Source of the DNA: an uncultured Acidobacteriota bacterium
Lineage (GTDB): Bacteria > Acidobacteriota > Thermoanaerobaculia > Multivoradales > SZUA-115
Direction of reading: 5' to 3'
NCBI GenBank assembly: GCA_963805975.1
Contig: CAWDVR010000003.1
Location: 32,001 to 96,000 of the forward strand
DNA length: 64,000 nucleotides
The notes beneath the pieces are model-generated. The model did not search any database, was not told the DNA's origin, and saw only the letters and a list, made by a program, of their open reading frames with translations. Below, piece after piece: positions 1 to 8,260 of this stretch; position 1 is the stretch's first letter, and each line of letters opens with the position of its first letter. A program made the position numbers and the translations under genes.

Positions 1-1740
1 GTCCTCGTAGGTCTTCACCCACTTCCGCGCGAGCTTCAGGGCTGCGTCGCGGTCGGGGATGGCGAGGATCGTCTGGGCAAGGAAGCGTTCCGCCTGGGTG
101 CGGCCGGGAAGCGTCGCCGCCGTGGACTGCTCCAGCACGGCGATCATCCGCTCTGCCGCCTCCTTCGGATCCCGGCCGAGCAGGGCCTCGGCCGTGCCTG
201 TGATCGCCTCGGAGTCCTCGGCCTGGAGCACCCCTTCCCGCTCCAGGATCGCCTGCACGGCCGCCCAGCCCGAGAGCACGGCCTGGGGCGACGGCGCTCG
301 GCGAAGGGAGTCGAGGATCGCCTTGATCTCCGACCGGCCGCGAGCGGAAACGTTCAGCTCCTCGAGCACCCGGAGGAGATCCGCTGTCGCATCTCCCGTT
401 CCGCCGCCCTGGTAGATTGCCTGCAATACCTTGCGCTCGGCCTCCATCTCTCTTGCTCTTGCTGTCGGCGCGCCACTCGGGTTCGGTGGGGTCTCCTCGA
501 GATCTCCGACGATGCCTGAAGGAATGCCGAGCTGCTTCTGAGCGGTATCGGCCAGAGTACGGATGGCCACCGCCAGCTCGGGGTTCGGATAGTCGCGCAG
601 CAGGTTCTCGGCCTCCAGGGCATAGGCGAGAACCTTCTCCGGTCGCTCTGCGCACTGCGCGATGGCGCTGACCTGGACCAGGCATCGAAGCCGCGTCGGG
701 GACTTCTGGAGCGTGGCGAGAAGGGCCTCGGCGCGCGACAGGAGCTCTCTCTTCGGTGCGAGGCCGGAGCTGGGCAGGAGCAGGCAGCGGCTCGACAAGG
801 CGTCGAGATACTCGAGGGCGTCGCCGAGGCGTTCGGCCGCTTGCAAGGCCTGGCCGTTCCATCGCAGGGCCTGGTCGTTCTGTTGGGCGTCGCGCTCCAG
901 GTCGCAGAGGCTGACCAGGGTCTTGGTGCACAGGCGCAAGGACTCCGGAGAGGCTCGCGGACATTCCTCGCCGCCCAGCAGGGAGAGCGCCGAGGTCAGG
1001 TGCTCCCTCGCCTCGCCGACTTTTCCCTGTTTGGCGGCCGACTTGCCGAGAAGGAGCTGCAACGCGGCCTCCAGGCTTCCGCCCAGGTCGCGGGCCAGTT
1101 CCAACGCACGCAGGCTCTGCCGGTCGGCCGCGGCGTAGTCGCCGCGGATGAAGGCCATCTCGCCCAGCGTGACCGTCGCCATCGCTTCGAGGGCTCGGCC
1201 GGCCAGCCCGGGCTGCGCCGCGGGCGGCCAATCGAGCTCGATCCCATGCAGGGACATGCCCAGCAGGTAGTCGGTCGGCTCCGGCGGGTCGGCCGGCGCA
1301 TAGACCGCCCCTCGCACCTGCCGGGCGGAGGCGAGCGCGCGGCCCAGGTCTTCCTCGGCCTGGGAGTAGGCGCCCCGGCCGTACGCCAGCTTCCCGCACT
1401 TGAGCGCGACCGTGGCCGCCGCCGTCGCGTCGTCCGGAGACAAGAGCAGGGCGAGCGCTTTTCGGATCTCGGTCTCCCCGCGAGCGAGCTCGCCCGTGGT
1501 CTCGAGCTGATCGGCGAGCAGGATGAGGAGCTGCGCCTCCTCTCTGCGGTCCCCGGCCTGCCGCGCGGCGGCGACTTCCTGCTCGATCGCGGCGAGAGGC
1601 GCACCGATGGGCCACGGTTTCGCCCGCGGAGCCCGGTCGGGCGGCGCGCTCTCGGAGCCGCACCGCGCCATGAGGAGGCCGAGAAGGAGCACCACGATGG
1701 GCCGGCCGACCGGTGCACCGCGAAGCCGACCGCTCCTCAT
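1..1740 (-). CDS. TPR-like repeat protein with N-terminal signal/membrane segment, truncated at window edge (possibly CHAT-type)
   Basis: Absent from the ORF track because it runs off the edge. ATG 1740 overlaps the caspase stop (ATGA). Translates MRSGRLRGAPVGRPIVVLLLGLLMARCG..., then helical TPR-like segments (GRGAYSQAEEDLGRAL, RGDYAAADRQSLRALELAR); frame open to position 1. Confidence 0.75.
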   Translation of the reverse strand, partial: MRSGRLRGAPVGRPIVVLLLGLLMARCGSESAPPDRAPRAKPWPIGAPLAAIEQEVAAARQAGDRREEAQLLILLADQLETTGELARGETEIRKALALLLSPDDATAAATVALKCGKLAYGRGAYSQAEEDLGRALASARQVRGAVYAPADPPEPTDYLLGMSLHGIELDWPPAAQPGLAGRALEAMATVTLGEMAFIRGDYAAADRQSLRALELARDLGGSLEAALQLLLGKSAAKQGKVGEAREHLTSALSLLGGEECPRASPESLRLCTKTLVSLCDLERDAQQNDQALRWNGQALQAAERLGDALEYLDALSSRCLLLPSSGLAPKRELLSRAEALLATLQKSPTRLRCLVQVSAIAQCAERPEKVLAYALEAENLLRDYPNPELAVAIRTLADTAQKQLGIPSGIVGDLEETPPNPSGAPTARAREMEAERKVLQAIYQGGGTGDATADLLRVLEELNVSARGRSEIKAILDSLRRAPSPQAVLSGWAAVQAILEREGVLQAEDSEAITGTAEALLGRDPKEAAERMIAVLEQSTAATLPGRTQAERFLAQTILAIPDRDAALKLARKWVKTYED

Positions 1741-3854
1741 GGCCGAGCCCTCCTTGCTTCCGTGCCCGACCCTCGTGGCTCGACGGTCAGTACGATCGCG
1801 CTCGTGCTGCTGGCGCCGGTTTCGAAGTGGGCTTCACCCTTGGCTCCCACGCCGTCCAGCAGGGCCGCCAGGGGACCCAAAGGCCCGTGCGCCCCGGTGC
1901 CCCGCGTCTCGCCCTGCGGCCAGACTCCTTCGGCCGAGACGAAGGGCCGCAGGTCGATCGGGCTTTCGGTCGCCAGGAGCCAGACGACCTCCGTCCCCAA
2001 CGGCTCCGTGATCTCGTAGAGGACCGGCAGCTCTCGAGACTTCCCCGGTGGCAGTGGGGTCGGATCGGGATGCCTTGGCTCGGGCCAGTAGAGCCCGATC
2101 CTGCCGTCGGCGGTCAGATCGAGGACGCTCAGGTGGGCTGGCAGCCGCCCGCGGTTGGTGACCCGAAGCTGGAAGAGGTCTCCGACGTTCCAGATCCTCT
2201 TTCCTTCGCCGCGGCGCTTGGTGGCGAGCGGCAGCCGGGTGATGTCGCACTCCGAGAGGGAAGGCCGCCCTCGGGGGCAGCCGGTAGCCTGCACCGGGAC
2301 CATCTCCACCTTCACGTCGAGCTCGGGTGTGCGCAGCGCGAGGCCGCGGAAGTAGCGATTGCGGGCGAGATCGAGCAGCAGGCGGGTGATCTCCCCGGGC
2401 AGGTCGTCGCTCGTAGCCGGCGTCGGGGGCAGGATGGGAACCCGCCGGTCCTCGGTGTAGACCTCGACCAGTGGCTCGGTCCCGGCCGCGGCGACGACCA
2501 CGTCCGCGCCGTCGTCGACCTCTTCGAACGTGGCCGGCTGTAGGTTCCAGCGCTCCCGCAGCCGCTCGGCCAGGCGGGGCTCGACCCCCGCCGCCAGCCG
2601 CACGCGCACCCGCGGCCCGGAGAAGCTCCATGCGGTCACGAACGCGCGGCCGCGGAGGATCTCGCGCCGCTCCCTGGCTTCGTCGAGCTCGACCCTCGCT
2701 TCGAGGAGGGAGCTCTCCTCGACCTCGCCGTGGGCAAGGAGCGTCTCCGGTTCGGCGCTCGCCGCCCCGGCCCGGTGGATCTCGATGCGCGCTCCCGTCC
2801 GGAGGCCCACGAGAGAGCCGGCGGCGAGCGTCAGGTGGCGCCCGTCCGGCTCCACGCCGCTGACGCGGACGAAGGGGTTCTGCGCGACGAAGGTCCCGGC
2901 GAAGAGCCGGACATCCACCTCGCCGTCCACCTGCGGGCGGTTCTTCACGCGCGCCGCCATCTTCCACTCGACCCGCTCGAAAAGGGTGCGGTACGTGGCG
3001 CCGGCGTCGATGGTGGAGAGCTCCTGAGCGAAAGCGTAGGAGAGCGAGCCCACGGGCCTGCCCTGCTCATCCCTCGTCTCCCAGGCCACTTCGTCGTGCG
3101 AGGCGGCGGAGAAGACCACGTAGGGCGCTTCATCCACCGGGCCGTCGCGTAGCGCGTCGCCACGTCTCCGGGCAGGCTCCCAGAAGCCGCCGGCCTCGTC
3201 GCGGCCCGAGGCCTGGGCGCGCGGGAGGCCGATCGGGGGAGCTCCGCCCCGCCACCGGGAGAAGACGGTGTCCTCCTCGCCTCGCGGCGTACCGGAGAAG
3301 CACGAGTCGAGCAGCACCACGACGTTGCCTCGTTTCCCCACTTTCTCCTGGAGCTGCCAGACCCAGAGGTTCACAGTGTCGTCGCGCAGGTGTCGTTCGC
3401 CGTGATAGCCGCCCGCGGACGTGCGCGGAGCGTCGTAGGGGACGATGGCCTCGTCGTAGCCGTCGAGCTCGTCGCCATCGTCGTCCGTCACCTGCTGGCC
3501 GTGGCCCGAGAAGGCGAGCACCACGACGTCTCCCGGCTGGGCAGAGTCGAGGAGCCGGTCACGAACTGCCTCCTCGATGCCGGTGCGGGTGGCGGCCGGA
3601 CCGGAGAGGACCGTGAGGGTCGCCAGGCCGCGCTGCTCGAGGGCTGCGCGGAGATGAGTCACATCGTTGTCGGAGTGGATCGACTGCCAGCCCGTTTCTG
3701 GGGCGTAGGAGGAGATGGCAATGAGAAGCACGTGGAGCTGCGGCTGTCTCTCCGCGATCAGGGTGCTGGCCGAAAGCTCGAACCCACCAAAGGCAAGCCC
3801 CAGACAAAGGTAGATAGGAACGCCCAAGCGGACGGATGTGCTGCTCTCGCTCAT
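1737..3854 (-). CDS. Secreted caspase-family (C14/metacaspase) protease with C-terminal DUF4384-like domain
   Basis: Catalytic dyad motifs FSGHG and LLDSCFSG; typical DGDELDGYDEAIVPYD; hydrophobic N-terminal signal; C-terminal 'VGDLFQLRVTN...PLGTEVVWLLAT' domain. Confidence 0.88.
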   Translation of the reverse strand: MSESSTSVRLGVPIYLCLGLAFGGFELSASTLIAERQPQLHVLLIAISSYAPETGWQSIHSDNDVTHLRAALEQRGLATLTVLSGPAATRTGIEEAVRDRLLDSAQPGDVVVLAFSGHGQQVTDDDGDELDGYDEAIVPYDAPRTSAGGYHGERHLRDDTVNLWVWQLQEKVGKRGNVVVLLDSCFSGTPRGEEDTVFSRWRGGAPPIGLPRAQASGRDEAGGFWEPARRRGDALRDGPVDEAPYVVFSAASHDEVAWETRDEQGRPVGSLSYAFAQELSTIDAGATYRTLFERVEWKMAARVKNRPQVDGEVDVRLFAGTFVAQNPFVRVSGVEPDGRHLTLAAGSLVGLRTGARIEIHRAGAASAEPETLLAHGEVEESSLLEARVELDEARERREILRGRAFVTAWSFSGPRVRVRLAAGVEPRLAERLRERWNLQPATFEEVDDGADVVVAAAGTEPLVEVYTEDRRVPILPPTPATSDDLPGEITRLLLDLARNRYFRGLALRTPELDVKVEMVPVQATGCPRGRPSLSECDITRLPLATKRRGEGKRIWNVGDLFQLRVTNRGRLPAHLSVLDLTADGRIGLYWPEPRHPDPTPLPPGKSRELPVLYEITEPLGTEVVWLLATESPIDLRPFVSAEGVWPQGETRGTGAHGPLGPLAALLDGVGAKGEAHFETGASSTSAIVLTVEPRGSGTEARRARP

Positions 3855-4444
3855 CGATTTCCTTTTCTGGGCCTAGGCCCCGCGAAGAACTGGTCTCTCT
3901 CGGCGTAGACCCCGGTGAATCGAATTTGTAGGAGGCAGGTCCTATACGCGAGCGATGAAGGACTGGAAGGGAGCATGGTCCGCTCCGAGTAGGCCTCCCT
4001 TGAGACCAAGCGGAGTTCGCAGACAACCCATAACAGCGGGCCATGCCCAACCTGCTCGCATGCTCCACCTGGCTTTCGAGATGGGCAACGAGGCGGAAGG
4101 CTGGTTGTTGCGCTTGAGGACCTTCCGCCCTAGTAGAGAGGGCAAGCCGCCGGTAGGGGTCTTCGTTCCTGGCCGGAAGCAAGTAGTTGTGCTCTCACCC
4201 CGCCGAAGGGCTCGATCTAGAGCCGCCAGGAGATATCCAAGTTTGACCACCGGTGGTCTCAACTACGCATGCCGAGCGCATGCCGAGCCGACCCGGAGAG
4301 ACGACACCGGCCAAGGCTGTCTTCAGAAACTACAGATTCGGTGAGGCTTACAGCGACCGATCTCGAAGCTCATCCCGGTGCCCGAGGATGTGAGGATTGT
4401 CGGGCCGGCCCGCAACGCAGCAGCTCGACCGCGCAGCAGGTTTG

Positions 4445-5257
4445 TCAGCCGCCCGCCGCCGGGAAGTGCTCTTGGAGCCACGCCTGCCAGAGAGGCTCTT
4501 CCCGCTCGGCGGTGGCGGCGGCTTGGTCGCCGTAGAAGAAGAAGCGGATCGAAAGGAAGACCTGCCCTCCCATCGGCATCGCGAAGAGATGGGCGAGGCC
4601 GGGCGCCGGCTCGTCGAGACGGAGGAGCAGCTCTTCCGGATAGGCGCTCTCGCCCACGCGCTCGACCAGCCCCGCGAGGCGTGGCGCGCCCGCGGCCGTC
4701 GTGACCCGCTGGCCTTCGGCCACGCCCGCCAAGCCGAGCGCACCGGTCAGCGCAGCCCAGGCCTCGGCCTTGGGCTCGGGAGCCATGGCCATCAGTTGCA
4801 GCGCCGAGCTGGGCAGGCCGGGGAAGTGCGTGAGGTAGAGCCGCAGGATGCGGAAGAAGCCCACCCAGCCCTCTGTGTGGCCTTCGAACTGCTTGTCCCA
4901 GTCGTCCTTGTCGGTAAACCAGCTATGGACCACCCGCACCACGCAGGTGCCGCTGGCGCGCGCCTCCACGATCCACTCGGTCGCGATCGTCGGGTCGTCC
5001 GGGCCCATGTCGTCCCGGCTGTCGGCCGAGAAGCGATGAGGCGGGTCCCAGGCCGTGATCGTCGAGACGGAGTCCATGCCGGGGCCAAAGCTGCAGATCG
5101 CGGCGCCGCCGACCCGCTCCTCGATCTGGCTCGGCACGAACCAGGACGAGATCCCCGGCCCGGTCGCGATGGCCTTCCATACCTCCTCCGGCGTGCCGGG
5201 AACCTCGACCTCAGCTTCGACAGATCGGCGTCCGGACGCATCTTTCTTCACGCTCAT
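4445..5257 (-). CDS. SRPBCC/AHSA1 (START-like) domain protein
   Basis: True start MSVKKDASGRRSVEAEVEVPGTPEEVWKAIATGPG at 5257, ATGA-coupled to the upstream regulator. Confidence 0.85.
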   Translation of the reverse strand: MSVKKDASGRRSVEAEVEVPGTPEEVWKAIATGPGISSWFVPSQIEERVGGAAICSFGPGMDSVSTITAWDPPHRFSADSRDDMGPDDPTIATEWIVEARASGTCVVRVVHSWFTDKDDWDKQFEGHTEGWVGFFRILRLYLTHFPGLPSSALQLMAMAPEPKAEAWAALTGALGLAGVAEGQRVTTAAGAPRLAGLVERVGESAYPEELLLRLDEPAPGLAHLFAMPMGGQVFLSIRFFFYGDQAAATAEREEPLWQAWLQEHFPAAGG

Positions 5258-5856
5258 GATGGCTCCTGAGTACGAGGTTCGTTGAGCAGGGGATGGGCCA
5301 CGACGACCAGGCGATGCGAGCGGCCGCCGGGGGCCGACTCGTCGTGGTAGCGCGCGGCGAGGGTGGTCACGGCCTGGGTCAGGTCGCGCGTGAAGGCGGC
5401 GCGCTCGGCCGCGGATCGGAAGCGGATCTCGGTGTCCATGGACAAGGTCGGCAGCCGCTGGCCGGCCTCGGCCGAGAGGCGCAGGAGGGCGGCGACCTCG
5501 CGCACGATGCGGGCGGCCAGAGCGATGAGGTAGCTCGCCGAGAGCCGGTCCGCACGCCGGGCCGGGTCGGCGGCGACCGGGCCCATGGCGGTGGGCGAGA
5601 CGATGTACGAGGCGGCGGTCGCCACCAGCAGGCGTTCCGTCAGGCCACCCCACTGGCGCTTCTCGGCCACCGTCACCAACCCGTGGGTCTCGAGAGCGCG
5701 CAGGTGGTAGTTGACCTTCTGGCGCGCGAGACCCAGCCGCGTGGCGAGCGTGGCGGCGGAGGCGGGCTCCGCCAATTCTGAGAGGAGACGGCTCCGGACG
5801 GGGTCGAGGGCTACCGTCGCCGCCGCTGGATCGTCGATGACTTCTACGTCGAGCAT
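5254..5856 (-). CDS. ArsR-like winged-helix transcriptional regulator
   Basis: LDPVRSRLLSELAEPASAATLATRLGLARQKVNYHLRALE helix-turn-helix; paired with SRPBCC gene. Confidence 0.88.
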   Translation of the reverse strand: MLDVEVIDDPAAATVALDPVRSRLLSELAEPASAATLATRLGLARQKVNYHLRALETHGLVTVAEKRQWGGLTERLLVATAASYIVSPTAMGPVAADPARRADRLSASYLIALAARIVREVAALLRLSAEAGQRLPTLSMDTEIRFRSAAERAAFTRDLTQAVTTLAARYHDESAPGGRSHRLVVVAHPLLNEPRTQEPS

Positions 5857-5868
5857 GGGCGCATTCCA

Positions 5869-5894
5869 CCATTGACAACATTTGTTGTCAATGG
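5869..5894. promoter_or_regulatory. Perfect palindromic operator upstream of the ArsR-like gene
   Basis: CCATTGACAACA-TT-TGTTGTCAATGG, 12-bp arms, each containing TTGACA. Confidence 0.7.
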
Positions 5895-5901
5895 CAGCCA
5901 A

Positions 5902-5976
5902 GCGAGGGTGCTCCCCTGCGAGGAGCGCAGGGCGCCCTTAGGGACCTCGAGCACCGCAGCAGGGGAGCACCCTCGC
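5902..5976. repeat. REP-like inverted repeat (18-bp arms)
   Basis: GCGAGGGTGCTCCCCTGC ... GCAGGGGAGCACCCTCGC. Confidence 0.7.
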
Positions 5977-6061
5977 GCAGGTAGCGTGGGATGATGATCC
6001 GACACCGGATCAACTAGACCTGTGGACGGAGCACTCTCGCCCTGGCAGCGTGGGCTTGGCG

Positions 6062-8227
6062 CTACAGCTTGGCGATCGCCGGGTGCTCGGGGAAGCGCTG
6101 CCTGGCCTCGGCCAGGAGCTGGTCCGCGGCGGTGGTCTCGTCCAGGGCCCGGAGGGTGCGGACCGCGCTCACGAAGACCATCGGGATGGGGTTCCTCGCC
6201 ACCAGTTGGCGCAGGAGCTCGACCGCCTCGCTCGAGCGCTCGGTCGAGGCGTAGAGCAGGGCGAGGCTCGAGGGCGCCAGGAAGTCGCCCGGGAAGAGCT
6301 CGATCTCGCGTTGGAACGCGGCCTCGGCCTCTTCCGGCTTGCCGCTTCTCGCGAGCGTGTCCCCGATCAGGAAGTAGAGGCCCCGCAGGCGGCCTTCGCC
6401 GCCGGTCTGCGCGAGCCCGGCCTCGGCCTGGCGGGCGAGAGCGAGGGCCTTGACGAGGTCGCCGCGCTGGCGGGCCACGCGCCCCTGGACGAACAGCAGG
6501 CCCGGGTCCCGGCGCAGCTTCAGGCCCTCCCCGGCCTGCCGCTCGGCCTCGTCGAGCTTGCCCTCGGCGAGCGCGGCGCGGGCGAGGAGATCGCGGGCCG
6601 CGGCGCCGTCCCAGGCGAGCGCCGGCTCGGCGTGGGCGCGGGCGTCGGCCGGGCGCCCCAGGGAGAGCAGCACTTCGCCGATCGCGAGCGCCAGGTGCGG
6701 CTCGCCGCCCGAGCGCTCGAAAGCCTGCTGGTAGGCGGCGAGCGCCTCGGTGAAGCGGCCCAGCCGCTCGTAGGCGAGCGCCAGGTTCTCCCAGGCGGCG
6801 ATCGAGTGCTCGTTTCTCGCCAGCACCTTCTGGAACGCCTCGACCGCCTTGGCGTAGCGCCGGCTCGCGTTCTCGACGAAGCCGCGCTGGAGCTCGGCGG
6901 CGAGGTCCATCTGCGTCTGCGGCGGCGGCAGCGCACCCTGGTAGGCGCTCCGCGCGCCGCCCACGTAGCCCAGGCTCTCGAGCCTTTGGCGCGACTCGAC
7001 GTCGAACGCTCCCGGCGCCCCGAAGCTCGGTGGGATCATTGCCAGCGCACTGCGCAGCGCCGCGGCGGTTTGTTTCTGCTGGGCGAGCCCCTTCTCTTCG
7101 GCAAGCAAATTCTTCTTCTGCGCCGGGTCGGCGGTGAGGTCGTAGAGCTCCGGGGCCGCGCTGTCGATGTACTGGTAGCGCCGGTCGACGAGCGACCGCA
7201 GCTCGCTCCAGCCGAAGTAGAGGCGCGTGTAATAGGTCTCGGCGTAGATCTGCCGGTCCTCGGCCTGCCGCTCCGCGATCTCGACCAGCGAGCGGCCCTG
7301 CATCTCGGGCGGCACCGGGAGGCCCGCGAGGCCGAGGAAGGTCGGCGCCAGGTCGGCGAGCTGCGCCGGGGTGGCCACCTTGGAGCCGCCGAGCCGGCCG
7401 CCGGGCAGCTTCAGGAGCAGCGGCACCTGGATGGTCGAGCGGTAGAGGAGCACGCCGTGGCCCTCCTCGCCGTGATCGCCCAGGCCGTCGCCGTGGTCGG
7501 AGGTGAGCACCACCGCGGCGCGGTCCCAGAGGCCGAGCCGTCGGAGCTCCGCCACGAGCTGGCCCACGATCTCGTCGGCCGCGGCCACCTCGCCGTCGTA
7601 GGGCAAGGGGTACTTCTTGGCGTGCTTCTCGGGCGGCTGGTAGGGAGAGTGCGGCTCGTAGATGTGGAAGAAGAGGAACAACGGCTTGCCGGCGTTGGCG
7701 CCGAGCCAGGGAAGAGCGGCGGCGAGGGTCTGCTGGCCCGAACGCTCGTAGGAGGTGAGGCTGCCGCCGGCCGTGAAGGGGATCGAGTCCTCGTAGGAGT
7801 CGAAGCCCAGGGCCATGCCCGTGGACTTGCGCAACACGAAAGACGAGACGGCGGCGCCGGTCGCGTAGCCCTGCTGCCGCAGGAGCCTGGGCAGCCAGGG
7901 AAGACGCTCGCCGATCGAGTAGCCCATGTTCGCCCGCACGCCGTGCGCGGTGGGAAGCTGGCCGGAGAGCATCGAAGCATGGGCGGGGAGCGTCATCGGC
8001 GAGTGGGTGTAGGCCGCCGCGAAGAGCACGGCCTCTTTGCGCAAGGCGTCGATCGCCGGCGTTGCGACCTTGGTGTAGCCGTAGGCGGGCAGGTGATCGG
8101 CGCGGAGCGTGTCGATCGAGATCAGGATCAGCGGCGGTTGGTCGGCCGCCGCCGGTGCGCGGGGAAGGGCCGCGAGCAACGCGCAGGAGAGAACGACGAG
8201 GTGGGAAAGGCGGCGTGGCCGGGCCAT
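6062..8227 (-). CDS. Sulfatase-like (alkaline phosphatase superfamily) hydrolase with C-terminal TPRs
   Basis: ISIDTLRADHL, TLPAHASMLSG, TSDHGDGLGDHGE motifs; LESLGYV linker; TPRs; signal peptide. Confidence 0.9.
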   Translation of the reverse strand: MARPRRLSHLVVLSCALLAALPRAPAAADQPPLILISIDTLRADHLPAYGYTKVATPAIDALRKEAVLFAAAYTHSPMTLPAHASMLSGQLPTAHGVRANMGYSIGERLPWLPRLLRQQGYATGAAVSSFVLRKSTGMALGFDSYEDSIPFTAGGSLTSYERSGQQTLAAALPWLGANAGKPLFLFFHIYEPHSPYQPPEKHAKKYPLPYDGEVAAADEIVGQLVAELRRLGLWDRAAVVLTSDHGDGLGDHGEEGHGVLLYRSTIQVPLLLKLPGGRLGGSKVATPAQLADLAPTFLGLAGLPVPPEMQGRSLVEIAERQAEDRQIYAETYYTRLYFGWSELRSLVDRRYQYIDSAAPELYDLTADPAQKKNLLAEEKGLAQQKQTAAALRSALAMIPPSFGAPGAFDVESRQRLESLGYVGGARSAYQGALPPPQTQMDLAAELQRGFVENASRRYAKAVEAFQKVLARNEHSIAAWENLALAYERLGRFTEALAAYQQAFERSGGEPHLALAIGEVLLSLGRPADARAHAEPALAWDGAAARDLLARAALAEGKLDEAERQAGEGLKLRRDPGLLFVQGRVARQRGDLVKALALARQAEAGLAQTGGEGRLRGLYFLIGDTLARSGKPEEAEAAFQREIELFPGDFLAPSSLALLYASTERSSEAVELLRQLVARNPIPMVFVSAVRTLRALDETTAADQLLAEARQRFPEHPAIAKL

Positions 8228-8260
8228 GAGACGCAGATTCTAGCGGAGAGGCCCCACGCC

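Noticed and set aside
3942-4344. ORFs 3942-4262 (-) and 3955-4344 (+) as genes
   Set aside because: Atypical codon usage, no recognisable motif and mutual overlap; left uncalled.
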